A stretch of 63,777 nt of DNA, counting the filler, from Choristocarpus tenellus KU-1152 (Eukaryota; Protista; Phaeophyceae), in NCBI GenBank assembly GCA_964200185.2. It is 13 parts of 13 records of this genome, joined end to end, with 100 filler letters (N's around TTAATTAATTAA, not from the genome) between each part and the next. Parts side by side here need not be neighbours in the genome. Positions count along the whole stretch, not along the records: positions 37,302 to 43,238 come from CAXNAD020009369.1; positions 43,339 to 48,173 come from CAXNAD020012875.1; positions 48,274 to 51,650 come from CAXNAD020020441.1; positions 51,751 to 56,149 come from CAXNAD020014726.1; 9 more parts are not named here. One strand, given 5' to 3'. The position numbers and the translations under genes were made by a program. Shown piece by piece: positions 38,135 through 51,855 of this stretch (positions within the stretch are counted from its first letter, which is position 1; every line of letters begins with the position of its first letter). Below the pieces are notes generated by a model, which was not told where the DNA came from, searched no databases, and saw only the letters and a list, made by a program, of their open reading frames with translations.

Positions 38135-40405
38135 ATGACCCATACCTCTACAGTTCGAAAGTCTCACCAATGTATGGTGTTGTTGCTCTTGAGCGTATGC
38201 CTCTCCACCTGGTCATCAAACGCGTTCGTCACGATTCCCAATCACCGTCTAATATTGACTCCAACACTTAGATGGCCTGCAACAACATCGGTTGGCACAA
38301 AGGTCAGGTCTACTGTAACAAAACCTCTATTACCGTCGGCAACAGAAGGTGGTATCGGAGAAGAATCGGAAAACAAGGAAGGGTCGGGTCCCCTGACTCC
38401 TGCGGGTCTTACCCTGGAGGGAGTGTACAAACGAGTCAAAATAGAGGCGCAGGGTTTGGAGGATGGAGCGGTAGCACTAGACAGCAAGGATGTGGATTAT
38501 GGGGTAAGTTGACTTTCCTGGAATCGGGTTAACCTGCAGCAATCCAGATATGCCTGCGTTAGGTCCCTCATTCAGGCGGTGGGGGGAGGTTTAGATTCCT
38601 ATTGTTTCTCATACACATTCTCCATGTTCTCTTACCTCCCTGAGTGAGGGCAGGTGGAGATAGTCAAGGTGAAAATGCCCCGAGAGCCATCCCTTGGTAT
38701 TCAGCTTGTGGAAGTGGCGCGAGGGGCTGATGGAAGAGGTCTTGTCCTTGTCTCAGGCTTAGAACCTGGGGGCCGGGCGGAAGTGAGCGGGAAGGTGGAA
38801 ATTGGGGACACCTTGAGCTGGGTTGGAGTGGAGCCCAATCGCATGATTCGAGTCGAGGCCTTGGATTGGGACCAAACTGTAAATGCGCTGAGTCAGTACA
38901 CTGGAGACAGGTGTGCCTAGGTGTGGACAAGAGGATTGCGATGACTGAAAAGTGAAGCCGCCAGTTTGGCGGTCTCGAGCAATGCAAATATGGACTGGGT
39001 GTCGTGATACAGCCGCCAACAAGAAACGGCAATCATTGTTATTGTTTCAAATTTGAAGTGGTACTGCGAGGTGATGTATTCTACCTGCCCCTTCCCCCCT
39101 TCTCCTCTATCCCATACATGTGAGGCAGCGAGATCACCCTGGTCCTGAAGCGTTTGATCAAGCGAGAGATGCTGGATGTAGTGTTCAAACTTCCAAATGG
39201 CGATAGGACGGAAGCAATCTTGGCAGGCAGCAACCTTCGGGGAGAAATGATTCGCTTGGGGGTCCCTGTGAGCTCTGTGGAAGCTATGAAGATATTTTTG
39301 GATAAATTTGTAACTGTAGCTGTACTGAATCTGTTTTTTCTCACGAATGCATGCTGTTGAACTCTTATAAAGAGGAGATCGTAGACAAGTCCATCACCTA
39401 CTATGTGTATTTTTAATACTTGCGCATACTACACAGGATGCTACTTCCAATTCCTGGTGAACTGATTCCCTCGTTTCACTCAGTTTTTGTGTTGTAAGGG
39501 GGAATCACTGAGAGCACTTTTGTGAAATTCAAATGTCAAAGCTAGACTATGTGAGTTTACCATCAAACTGTGGTGCTTTCTTTCTCTCATCAGAGGGGTG
39601 ATTTTGATGCTATTGGTTTGTCTTCCTGATGCGCAACAAGCACCAACCCAAGCGCAAAATGCAGTAGAATTATACACCCAAAGTATATTATGTGTACAAG
39701 TAGAAGTGCCTGTCAGACGTGATCGATCCATTTGACACGGACACTTGTTGTACAGAGTATTGCAAACAAATCGCCTTGCCTGTCCTGTGTGCACAAGCGC
39801 CTTCCCACATATCCGTTCAGATTTGTCTTTTTGTGACACTCTAGGTGTATGACCCCAAGACAAAGAGGTACGACCAACCATACGCAACAGGGAACTGTGG
39901 TGGGGAGGGCATTTGCGGCACTTGCTTTGTTGAGGTACAGTGGAAAAGGGGGAAAAACTCTCCTGTGTTATAATAGAGGGGGAGTGAGTTGCATTGGGTG
40001 CCTAGATTATTTCAATGACTTGAAGAACCCAATCTGCAAGTTTGGTTGTTGGGGAGAGAACTTACTGGTGGTGCAAGGTCTACTGCAATTGAGTGAGCCA
40101 AAGACTCTTTCGGTTGAAGGGAATGGGGAGCTGGGGGGCGGGAGAGATTGCAAATTGCCTGACCCATATTCATTCCCCCCTTCTTCTCATTGCCCAATCC
40201 CTGTATGCCCCGTTACCAGGTTCAACAAGGAGCAAATCTCCTTTCCCCAGCTGATGAGGAGGAGCTCATGCTCATGGCTCAGGGGGTATTGCCGACAAGG
40301 TGGCGCCTGTCATGCAAGACGATTGTTGGCATGAATAACGATTCAGGCACCGTAACTCTCAAGGCTGTGCCACAGGCAGAGTGGAGGGAGGCTCAAAGTC
40401 AATGA
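38135..40405 (+). CDS. Plastid-targeted PDZ + 2Fe-2S ferredoxin-like fusion protein (~346 aa); exons 38135-38503, 38654-38910, 39129-39267, 39845-39934, 40220-40405
   Basis: Five phase-compatible GT-AG exons. Signal peptide + SNA|F; PDZ (SLGIQL...LVSGLEPGGRAEVSGKVEIGD); ferredoxin (AGSNLR, NCGGEGICGTCFVEV, WRLSCKT). Start may instead be the Met at 38174. Confidence 0.88.
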
Positions 40406-41399
40406 GCCTCTCTCAGCACAGGACACCAAACACTCTGGGTGAATGGGTTGTACCTGTTTGTCACGTTCCGAGGTGCAGTTCCACCACAGAGCTGACTCGG
40501 GTATATTCCATAGTTGAAGGGTCCTTTTCTAAGCATTGGGGTAGAATTGGTTGGAGAGATGGTAGGCTATGCCAGAAGATCTGACTATGTCTCTGTTGTT
40601 GTCTGCTCCCTGGGATAGTAACTGAACACGAGACTCCCTAATAAGCCCTTGGAGCTCTGCGAAGACCGTACTGAAGTGCAGGTTTTGTGGAGCTGCGGCA
40701 TCGTATGCATAGTGTTCTGTGTTACGAAGGTTGATTGTAGGTCCCTATTCTGCATGTTGCCCTAGCAATGTCGAGCACAATGTATTTGCCCTTCACCACT
40801 GCAACATGTTCAATCCATTCCTCGATATGACAGTTCCTATAACTACGATATGAATCCTGGAAATATGCCAATGATGGCCGTGGTCAGATCACTTCTATCT
40901 ATGAATGTGCCTGTGCATCCTCATGCTCTATTGTTGGTGTTGCCGATGATCTTGATATGGTGACTGTTTTGGTCGCAAGTTTTTGTAGAGAATCTAGGGC
41001 GGGTGTATGATATGCATTGCTGAGATCAGGATGTCTGCCTCCTTGCATGGGGCAACACATGAGTGGATTCCCAACCCACCCTCCACCATTCACCCTTCAT
41101 TTCTTTAGAGTTTGTATGCTCCCACTGATTTCTTGACTGGATTCAAGCTTGATGTGACCAGAAACTGAGCCCCTGGCTTGTCTTGAGTCCTATGAAAATC
41201 CTTACTGTGGCATTTATTGCTGGATAGATAAGTGTTGCTGTCCTGTAAGGTAGTGCTACCAGGGCTGCCACGAGTGTATGTGTATGGTGGGGTGGGGATT
41301 CAAGCCAAGCTTCTTGGGACCGTGTCCGTTTTTCTGGACAAACCAGTTGAGATGGATAGTTGCCCGCGTTAAATAGCGCTTAATTGAACAATGCGGATA

Positions 41400-42330
41400 A
41401 CGTGTTGACAGCAGGAAATGTTGCATAGGAAATGCATCCTGTAGGCACAACGAGAAACATGGGACATCCCATTGGCCTAGTTGTTCCATTTCGTGTGGGG
41501 GTCCCTACCCATTTGATTGTCGTACTTTTTTTGTTCAACTTGTTGCAACTCATCCTGATTTCTGTTGTGGCTTCTACAAGAGGAATGCATCCTCAGCTGC
41601 CAAATGCTTGCGCAGCAAGTGTGTCTTGTGCTGTGGGAAGAGGAGCGTCTTGCCCTTTTGATTTCTCACCAAGGGTAGTACTGTGCTCCGTGTGTCCCAA
41701 GAAGTTAAGAGTTTCTTCAAAATGACTCTTTGATGCAATAAAGCCTGAAACAAAACCACAAACATTAGTCATTTGAGCAAAACCTCTAGGTGCAATCAAG
41801 GATAGAAACAGGACCCTTAAGGAGGGTGAACCACTGTCTATCCAGGTTTTCCCCAGTATTTGGTATGATCGTATCATGCTAACTGCTGACAGCACAAGGC
41901 GTACCTAGAGTATGTGAATGCCTTCGTGCATACTAGTAAATTGCCCCAGCCAAATTGTTACCTTCTTTGACTGCCTACAGCGCCATCTGCGACCACACAA
42001 CAGTTGCTAAGCACTATGGTGTAAAATGTTGAGAATGTTACTCCGAGGAGTTCCGCAGTAGTACCAATCCCTTGTATTAAGAGTAAATAATGATTTCCTT
42101 GTGCTGGAGGCAACTGGAGACATGATAGCTAGATAATATACCTGAAATCTAAGGTTTGTAAGCCTTTTAATGGTGAATTGATACACCCTCTTGATGCAAG
42201 GTTTGTTGCCATAAATCAAAAGTGACGATTCTGGTGGCACCCATCCACTATTTTTCATGTGCTTTGAAGAGGTGTTGCTGAAGGTAAGCATGGCTGTATG
42301 TGTTTGTCCTTCAGTAAGGATGCACAAATA
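41400..42330 (-). mobile_element. Highly degenerate piggyBac-like transposase remnant
   Basis: Ordered fragments YGNKPCIKR, LFTLNTRDWYYCGTPRSN, TWIDSG...VLFLS and WNN*ANG resemble piggyBac motifs KPxKxG, GTvRxN, WxD..V..lS and YN..gG. Confidence 0.4.
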
Positions 42331-43206
42331 CCATGAAGGCTAAACTCAAGGGCGGGGCCTGACTACTTGATCTTCTGGCTCTTGCTCCACCACACAGAGC
42401 AGGATGGTCACTTGTCACTACTGCTCGTAATTGGTGAGGTTGTAATGATTTGCTTTGGCTGGATGCTGTTAGGAGTGCCCATCATCTGTGCGTTGCGATG
42501 GTATAATTGCACAAGGAGGAAGGCACAAGAGAGACACATAGTTGATCATGAGTCAGATCAGACCACCAAAAAAAATAAAGTGAAATGAATCCTTGGATCT
42601 CAACAAGCATCAATGAGTGGGTTGGTTACTTTATCCCACCTGGTCAAGCTAACCCATAAGCTTAGATAAAAAGCAATCTCCCCCCCAGCACAGTTGTGGG
42701 GGGGTCTTGAGACTTTCATGCAGTGAGTCAGTCGGCTTAGTATATTTGCTACTTGGCTATTGAATTAATGCGGTAATATCACATTGGAAAGACAAGCAGT
42801 ATAGTGTGTATGAAACACGTATGTTTGTGTGTATGTTGTGGGGCACAGTCTATGTCAACACTTGGGTTTGTCAGGGGATATGGGGGGATAGGGGGGCCTT
42901 GAGTTGGGGCTCTTGCAGGAAACCGACTGATCTGTATGCCTAGGATTGCACATAGTAATACCTACGCCATACAGCACATACGAGTAAGAAGTTTGTTTTA
43001 GAAATTGATGAAAGGTGGAGAGGGAAATATGTGTTCGCAGATCTTGACGGTGAGATGTGAGCAAATTTGGTTTGCCAGCATTGCACCAACAGGCTAGACC
43101 AGAGAGACAAAACCGAAGTGATATTTAAGCCCACCAGTGTTTTATGGATGTGGTCTTCAGGGAGACATATTTGATGTCATGATTGATGTATTCCTTGTGA
43201 TGGTGA

Positions 43207-43359
43207 GGGTCAAAGTATCTGGGGGGGGGGTGCCGGCGNNNNNNNNNNNNNNNNNNNNNNNNNNNNNNNNNNNNNNNNNNNNTTAATTAATTAANNNNNN
43301 NNNNNNNNNNNNNNNNNNNNNNNNNNNNNNNNNNNNNNCCCCCCAAGATACTTTGACCC
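43207..43359. mobile_element. Family C ends on both sides of a spacer (similar stubs at 37302-37323, 48156-48173, 56250-56270)
   Basis: GGGTCAAAGTATCTGGGG before the Ns and CCCCAAGATACTTTGACCC after. Confidence 0.75.
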
Positions 43360-44166
43360 CCATCATATACTGTATGCTCGCACCAAATTCTTTCATTTTC
43401 TTCAAGTAAGCTTAAACACTGCAGAAGTTATTGCTATCGTAACTCATATTGCTACCCTCTATCCTTACTCCAATTCTTAGGTTAATTTTAACTGTCTATG
43501 TAGCCTGATCCTTGAAATCAAGCCCTCATTCTTGACCCTGGAACATTAGCTAAACGTCCACCCCAGCTGAACTTCTTGACCGTTCACCTGGTCTCTAAAT
43601 TTATAATTAGAGGTAGTTCCGTAGCTCATACACCCCCTCTCTTCTCCCCTAAGCCTCAACTCTTCACCCACACGCAGCCATCCAATAGCCATTACCCTCC
43701 ACACGGTTTTCCTGCTAAGCCTGTTCGCCTAATGATGCACCCTCGTAGCTTCACCTACTAGAAAATCATAAATCCTTCCGCTGTGTTAGAACCTCCAAAC
43801 TACAGCACTTTTTCTTTTGTCCTCACACCCATATATTTTTCTCGGTCCCCCCCATTCCCTTCAGTGGTCATACCAAGGTAAAAGCGTTCCAGGATTCTAG
43901 TTCTCCACTGTAACCTCTGAAACCCTGATCCTGGCCAGGGTTAGCAAGTACGACCGTATTTGAGCCCATTTTAAGGATAGTTTAGTTGTAATCACGAGTT
44001 AGGCACTGGAAATCAGGAAAATTAAGGAGAATTTACTAAAATTGGCACCACAAAGGAGACAGAGGATATATTGTATACATTGTAGACATGTTTTTTGTTA
44101 TTACCAGTTGCTCATACCAATGCTACTACACCATACAGCTGTAGAAGAATGTGAAACAAGGGTGGA

Positions 44167-44415
44167 GAGTGAAAATATCTTAGAGGGTACGAGTTTTGCC
44201 CTGTTTGTTCATTTGGGACTTGGCTTCCCATGGGTGTTCTTTTATGGCAATTTTCCTACTCCGAAAAAATGTATACGTTATAAAAAGGTGCGTCCGAAAC
44301 AAGGATATTGACACTTTCCTAACGAAAACGATAGCCAAAATTACATCAAAATCGCAACAATGGATTTTGGTCCCCAAATGGACGCGGCCCTACCCTCTAT
44401 AAGATACTTTGGCTC
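44167..44415 (+). mobile_element. MITE family B
   Basis: GAGTGAAAATATCTTAGAGGGTA...TACCCTCTATAAGATACTTTGGCTC; flanks TGGA/TGGG. Confidence 0.92.
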
Positions 44416-44601
44416 TGGGCAGATCTTTGAACCTCCACTTCATCCAGCACATCATCGGGCTAGTGGTAAATATGCCAAGAAGCGTACGAGTTACAACTTT
44501 TGAATGCACATGGACCGCAGACAGTTCTAACACTGCCTTCACTCCAAGCATGTCAAACTGCCTTTCATTCTTGATGGTGAGGCACTCATTGATGATCCAG
44601 T

Positions 44602-44789
44602 GGCTCCAAGTATCTGTGGGGGTGGGGTGGGGACCTACACCAGGGTGTCCATTTGGGCCCTGACCAGGAGAAGTGAACTTATATTATCCATCCGATGCAT
44701 GTAGTAAGTAAACCAAATCACCAAAAATCGCGATATGGAAAGATTGTCCCGAATGGACAGCCGGCACCCCCCCCCAGATACTTTCAGCC
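44602..44789 (+). mobile_element. MITE family A
   Basis: AGT-GGCTCCAAGTATCT...AGATACTTTCAGCC-AGA. Confidence 0.92.
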
Positions 44790-44843
44790 AGACATCTACG
44801 AAGGTGTAGATGTTCTGACCCATGACTGTTGTGAGGTACCTAT

Positions 44844-45104
44844 GATTGAACGTATCTTAGAGGGTACGATTTTTGCCTTGTTTGTCCGTTTGGGGCTTGA
44901 CTTCCCTCGGTGTTTTTTTATGACATTTTACCTACTCCGAAATGTTTCGGAGAAGGTAAGACGTGTACGTTATAAAAAGGTGTGTCCGAACAAGGATATT
45001 GACACTTCCTAACAAGCACGATATAACCAAAATTATATCAAATCGTAACATTGGATTTTGGTCTCCAATTGGACGCACCTCTACCCTCTAAGATGCTTTG
45101 ACTC
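44844..45104 (+). mobile_element. MITE family B, 4-bp TSD CTAT
   Basis: CTAT-GATTGAACGTATCTTAGAGGGTA...TACCCTCTAAGATGCTTTGACTC-CTAT. Confidence 0.9.
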
Positions 45105-45541
45105 CTATCGTATATTGTCATACCATGCACCAAGTAAATGGTTGACAACAGATATCATTAATATATTCGATATTCAAAACTACGGCTAAGAATCCCACCT
45201 GTAATCAAAATTATGTAGTGCAGTGTTGCAGTCATTTCAGTGGTAGTTGTGACCTTGCCAATCCCAATCTTTGCTGTTGATCAACCTACTATATAAAGGA
45301 CGAAATTAACCAGACCAGCCACATCTTCTGCCCCTCTTTCCCCCCTCAATTAGGCCTTCCAACAACCAGCTCTCTTCTATCCTCCAGCTCTCCCGTGCTC
45401 TCTTGTTGGCCTTGTCCGCCTATATACATATCTCACTCCGACCCATCTCCTTTCCTGCCATCGTCTTAGCCAAGTTTTCCACTCATTTTTTATGCACTCT
45501 ACTTTTTTTGCAATAATGGCTCTCTCACCTGTGAAATGCAG

Positions 45542-46113
45542 ATGAAGCTGACCATGACACTGTTCCAGCACGGGCCAGCACTACCTCCTCTCCACATACT
45601 ACCCAAGATGGACAATTTTGTACTTACATGCAACTGTCAGAATTTGGCTCTAGGTCTACCTGCAGGGATCAGACTCGCAGTGTTGGGTCACTTATGCAGG
45701 AGGAGAAAGCTAGTCAAGATGAAGATTTTGATACCAATGCAAGACTGTCAGAACATAGACGCTGGGGAGCCAATGGGGAACAGCCTTTCAGTTATGAGTC
45801 AGTGGCTCAGATGGAGAGAGAACCTTCCCGCTCTTGTGGGAGAGTGGTCAAGCAGTCAGTTGCTGAAGTGCCAGGTTTTCGGTCAAAACAATCTACCACT
45901 AGGGACACCATATTCAATGAGAAAGCAGAAAAATATCAAGGGAGACATGACATACACCAAATTGCAGCACCTATCACTGGTGTTGCTGAAAGCCATGGGG
46001 ATATCCAGTCTACCAGGGCTGGTACAACTTTCACAAGTGCCAAGAATATGTCTTCAAGAGGTGAGAGTGACTTTGCTTTTGGCCTAAATGGGGAGGAGTC
46101 AAGAGTTAGATGA
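45542..46113 (+). CDS. Possible terminal exon of an unknown low-complexity protein
   Basis: Pyrimidine-rich tract + CAG acceptor, then about 190 open codons rich in S/E/R; no recognisable domain. Confidence 0.35.
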
Positions 46114-48887
46114 GATACTGACCATGCGGGGAGGAGGTTGATTATCTGTGGAGGATCCAAATTCAAGCAGAGATTATCGTTAAGGTAGGGTTTTGGTTAA
46201 AGATAGGATTTGGACCGAGTTCGTGTAAGGTGGGTTGGTAGATTAGTATGAATGGTCGGTTGTTACAAGTCAGTAGTGGATTTAATGTCGTTTATCTATT
46301 GGAGGGGGGGTGTTGTTACTCCTTCACTTCCTATGTGTTCGATGGTCCCCATAAGAAGGGAAGAAATCAAGGGGATTTTATTGAAGCCTTGTGTAACGTA
46401 AAAGAATGAGAAATTGTAAGGTCGGTGCAAAACAGTTTTCGGAATAGTAAATCCCCCCATATATAAAAACATTATATTGTAGATAGGCGATGTGTACGCA
46501 TCTGAGATATATGTCGGTGTCAAAAATGCGACAGATCTGTCGATTTTCTTAAGCAATTAGAGATTACATCTCCAGATAGATGTCTATTAGGACTAGAAAT
46601 TATAGTAGCGCCTACTAGGGAAGAATCCTAGTTATCTAATGGTAGATTTTTTTATCTACTTCACCTCTACAGGTGATAAAGCTTAGCTTCTAAGGGCGTC
46701 TAGTTAGATGTGCTTGAGAAGGGAAGCTTCAACAATTGTGTCGTGGACACGACTCCTCTGTTACATACTCAGCCCAATGGTAGTCAATTTTTTGTGCTTA
46801 TGTAGTACTTAAAGACTTTATTGTAAAGCCTGTCCGTAAGTGTGTTTCTCATTATCCAAGGGTGTACGGGCAACGTCTGCAGAGTCAATTTGTCAAAATG
46901 ACAACAAATAAAATCGACCAAGAACAAAGCGACAAAGTACATTGCTGAGCAACGTGCAAGGCAAGGTCAGGATATGATTGAAGGGAGGAGGTGGAGGGAC
47001 AATTAGGAGGAGGTGAGATGGATGGCGAAACCCAACATGTGAAAAGCAAGTCACGGGTGCTGATTGACCGACGTATGCCGTATGCCTAGAAAGCTTCAAC
47101 AAGACAAAGGACAGTGGTTGATCAAACAACAAGTTCCTATACTTTCTGGGACAAAATTCCATCTTAACCACTTGCAAATTTATAACAGGTTTGTGTCTGG
47201 TGAACAACTATACTCCCAAATTGAAAAAACATCTCAAGGCCAAGACGTGGATCGATACCTCATTGAGACTTAGGAATATTATGTAGCTCCTTTTTAAGGA
47301 TTTCTGCAGAGAGTGAAATGGCAAAAGCGAGTGCTGTGGAGAAGTGTTCAAAATAAGGTTACAGTTTAGTTGATTGTAGAATATAAACATGGACGAAACT
47401 GTGGATAGCATCATCGGTCGAAGTGCTTATGTCCTTGGGGATACAAATTTCATAAATTTGCATTGTATGTGCTGGCAATCTTCTATTTCTTCTTGCAGAT
47501 ACCAGGAATTTTCCAGATTGTCTGTGGCATATGCATACAATAAAAGAAACGTCTTTCCACTCGGTGGTTGTGGTAGAATATCCTACGATGAGAGGCATAC
47601 GATATGGCAGTGTACTTCCAGACTGTTACTAGTGTACTCCTATTTTAAGACCGTCTAGAAATGAGCAGAGAATCCCAGAAGCCTGTCAGACTCCAGAAAA
47701 TGCTGTGCTCCATTGGTCACATCTATGATTATGCACAGATTGGGCAATATGGACTACACGCTCAACCTCGAGAGTGCCAAATGGGTGAATACAGGTCAAT
47801 ATAGAGCCACAACTCAGAGTTGTTCAGAGGAAAAACTTCAAGTATCTTTTGTCGAGATCAATATTTTTCCGATAAAAATCGGGAAAGGTGGTAATGTTTT
47901 TTATTTTTATACTTCAAAGCCGCCTTTGAACAGAAAGGTCTGGTCTAGTATCTTGGATTTGAGCTTTGGCTTACACAAAGATATTACACGACTACCTTCA
48001 CAGCACAGTGTAAAATGCCACCCTCTAGAGGGGATTGCTGCAGGCTAATTGCTTTCTCTTGCAAGCTCTTTCTCTCCCTTGTCAACATCTGCAAAGTGCC
48101 TGTGGGGATGAGAGAACATAACTTGTTTCTAGGCCGGAAGATGTGGGAGGTTGCAGACCCAAAGTATCTGGGGNNNNNNNNNNNNNNNNNNNNNNNNNNN
48201 NNNNNNNNNNNNNNNNNTTAATTAATTAANNNNNNNNNNNNNNNNNNNNNNNNNNNNNNNNNNNNNNNNNNNNAAGAATTGGGGGGGAAAAGGCAAGGGG
48301 GGGAAGGGGGGGGGGGGGGGGGGGGGGGGGGGAGGAGGGGGCGCGGATGCCAGCCAGCACAGTTGGTCCAATACATGCCACTAACAGGAGAAAATTGGCA
48401 AACGACCTCCTACAGCATGCACCACATTATCTTCATCGTAAGGTTCCAGTTGCTGTCCACCCTTCAACCTCCTCTATGCTACCTACCACCTTGGTCCACC
48501 TTTTCTCAAAGTTCTGTACTTCTCCTACCATTCACATATAACCCACCCCCCCTGATCAATCAACCAAAAACAATAGCACCACTATTATCCCTCATTCTGC
48601 AGTAGGAGTTATTACAATGCATACTTCAAGTGCATCAAATATACCCGCCCGCCCCAGCACCATGTCAACAGTATCCAAAACAAAGCCTGTATTATACCAG
48701 CTCTAATATTACCTCCAACGAAATCCTCTGTAATACATACAAACCAAGAAAGTGAACTCGTGTTCAAAACTGACAGCAAGCCCCCCTCTCCCACCCAAAC
48801 CCTAACCCACCCCCTACCTCCCCAGCCTTAACACCATTGCAGCTCTAATGAAAACTGCAAGGTAAGTAAGCCCAAAACAAGATACTA

Positions 48888-51121
48888 CCCTTGTCGCAGC
48901 TCTCAGAACTTGCCTTCGCTGTGCTTTGATCAGCGGCCCTGCCTCTTCCATGTGACCAGGGCGCAGAGCAAACCTTTCCACTGTGGGCTTGACCACCCCC
49001 TCAGCATACCAGGAGTGACTACCACGGGTCACCAACTTATCACCAAATCTACCTGCTTTCTCAGAGGGAAATTTTCAATGGTGTGTGCATGTATGTGTGT
49101 GTGTGGTAGTGCCAGAAGTGTTTTGTGAGAGACAGATCATCTGCATGTGTATGCACATGCTTTGATACTTGTGCTGTGTGTGCAAATTTGTAAATGCATG
49201 TTTCTTCTGCATGATGCATATCATTGTGCATGGACAAAGAGCACAATAGAGTTCATAACACAGATCATAGATTATTTCTCAAAAATCATTCCACTGCTAC
49301 TACTTCTTCCAATACAGAGACATTATTTTCAAATTTGTTACAAACTCACAATTCCATGGCACCATGAACAAGAATTAAAAGAAGACAAGATAACAACTTT
49401 GCCTATCTCTGTAGAGCATGCCTCCCAGCCCACACACATCCAAAATTGTCCCCTGCACCAGCACCTTCAACACCTTCTCATCCACTAGTAAACCCAAACA
49501 CGATTTGGGAATTCGCTCATCACCAAGCTAAGTTTTCCTCCCATACCTTCCATTTGAAACTGTCAAATAAATACATTTCCCTCTAGTCCCATTCTCTACT
49601 TCAACACACCTGTCTTGGAGACAATGACATGGCGATTCTTATCCTCCCCAGCGCTGGCATGGAACAGCCCCAGTTGCATGGCCCAGCCATGTACCTGTCG
49701 GCGTCGCAAGGCACTTAGTGAACTCGGAAACGCTGTGAGGGCCAGAGGCAACGGATGGGGAGGGTCAGGGGCAATGGGGGAGGGGGTAGGGGGGGCCTTC
49801 AGAAATCATATTGGTTGTAAAATGCTGTGTCCAGAGGTCTCTCTCTCACCTTTGTTCCACTGCCCAGGGAAGGGGTTTTAGAATCTTGACACATAGGGAA
49901 TCACTTCTGGTCAATTGCATGGGGTTGACCACAGAACATCTGTGTTCACATCTCAATTGTGAATTCTACAAGTCACATTTCAAGAACCAAATCACAAACA
50001 CATGATGGTACAGTCTCACAATTTTGAAGATTGTGAAAGGATAGAATAACCACTTCCTGCTCCTGTTGAGAGGGTGTTGTACAAAGTGCAATTCCTCAAA
50101 TAGGGTATATATGGCTAGATATTCAGGCCCGTGAATTTGCAATGTTGTGGAGGATGAGGGAAGGCGGCGGCGGGGGGAGGGGTGTCTAAGGTGCACACAA
50201 GTACAGCATCCTTTTTTCTATTCTTTTTGCAGGAGAGGGTCTTCACAACTCATCCAAGATCCACCAAAGCTCCATAAATTTACCCGATATTTACTACAGC
50301 AGGAAAACCTTAAAATATATATATATCGAAGTTGTTGACATTAATGCACAAGTGTGACCTTGTGTACCCATGTTTGCAATAGCCGATATGGGTAAGGGTC
50401 TTTCGTTTCTCACCGATTTCGTCTATGTTGTGGTCGAAATTCAGAAGCTCCAGCTCCTCCTTCCATAGCACACCATCAAGGCCTTCCTTTGTTGGAGGTA
50501 GAGAAGGAGGGGGTGGCGTCTCCGAAGCCGGTCTACCAGCCAGCCACCCTTGCAAGCTATCCCCAACCCAGATGTCAAATGCATCGACAGTCTTGTCGGG
50601 TATCCTCGGGTCACCCATAACTTTAGTCTCCCTTCCCCTGATCGACTTCTTGCCACCCCTATACTTTCCTTTGCCTTTCGCACCTTGATCGGGGTTTTTG
50701 TCTGCTTTCCTTCGAATACAGTACTCATTATTCTGTCGCGCCTCCCTGGAGACACTAGTCTCGACGACCCCGTCCCCTTCTTCAACATCACCTTTTCCAG
50801 GGTGGCAGGTCGAGTCCTCAACGTCCTCCATTTCTCCTGGAAGGGTCTGTTGCGGCACAGTTGTCACAGACCACGAAGTCCTTGGGGAAAACTCCTGGGA
50901 GGCTCGGGAGAGAGGATATGTAACATTATCACTCCTCAATCTCTCCCGAATCCCTTGACCTGTGCTATTGCCACTGCTCTCCATAGATTCCTTCATGAAT
51001 AGAGCGCAGGGTTCACACCCTGCACCCTCTCCCCTAGGACAAGCACATTCGGGGTCGCAAGAGCACAATGGACACTTGCAGCACGCTGTGCTTCCTATAG
51101 GGGTCTGATTATCATTTTCAC
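48888..51121 (-). CDS. R3H-domain protein, partial; exons 50414-51121, 49610-49732, ~48888-49052
   Basis: Splicing gives ELLNFDHNIDEI|AFPSSLSALRRRQVHGWAMQLGLFHASAGEDKNRHVIVSKT|GRFG, the R3H consensus with R-x3-H. Upstream Cys-rich segment CCKCPLCSCDPECACPRGEGAGCEPC. Confidence 0.8.
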
Positions 51122-51750
51122 CTGGGCTGATTTTGTTTTTTGTACATATATGTAGTATTACGTGTAAGAAACACCTCTGGTGGCACAACTCAGATTGAGA
51201 GCGTCGATCAACTAATTTAGTAGTGATGTTTCTAAAATCCCAGCGCTGAGATACACCTACCTACCTCCCTTTGAATATCTTAGATTAAGATTTTCAGAAA
51301 GATACTTTCTAAGTTTCTCAGTGAATGGAAACGTCCAACGACGGTCGTCAACTTGAACCTGGCCAGTTCTTCATATGACAAGTCTGGGTTGTATTTCAAG
51401 ACATTTTCAAACCTGGGTTGAAGTCATAGGGAGGCAGTGGTACAACCTAGGTGGTAGTAGGTAGTAAATACTGTAGATGAAATGTCAGAGGGCATAATAA
51501 TAAAAATAGATGAATGTTTTGAAACATTTTCTATGACTGTTACTGTTTTAAGGATTTTTGTGACATGTGACAGTTTTGTTTTGCTCACGAATTCTGGATT
51601 AATATTATTATTTGCTCATTCCTAATTTGTTATTCCTCTATCCTCTATTCNNNNNNNNNNNNNNNNNNNNNNNNNNNNNNNNNNNNNNNNNNNNTTAATT
51701 AATTAANNNNNNNNNNNNNNNNNNNNNNNNNNNNNNNNNNNNNNNNNNNN

Positions 51751-51855
51751 TTATCCCCCCGACGTATGCAACCAGATCACCCAAAAACCGCGACATGAAA
51801 AAATTGGCCCCAAATGGACAACCCCCCCCCCCCCCCCTCCCAGATACTTTGAGAC
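51751..51855 (+). mobile_element. MITE family A right half at contig start
   Basis: CGACGTATGCAACC...CCCCAAATGGACA...CCCAGATACTTTGAGAC. Confidence 0.88.

Noticed and set aside
25726-40405. Iron/redox gene cluster (IsdG-like + ferredoxin + HCF173-like)
   Set aside because: The genes are on different contigs joined artificially; there is no evidence of linkage.
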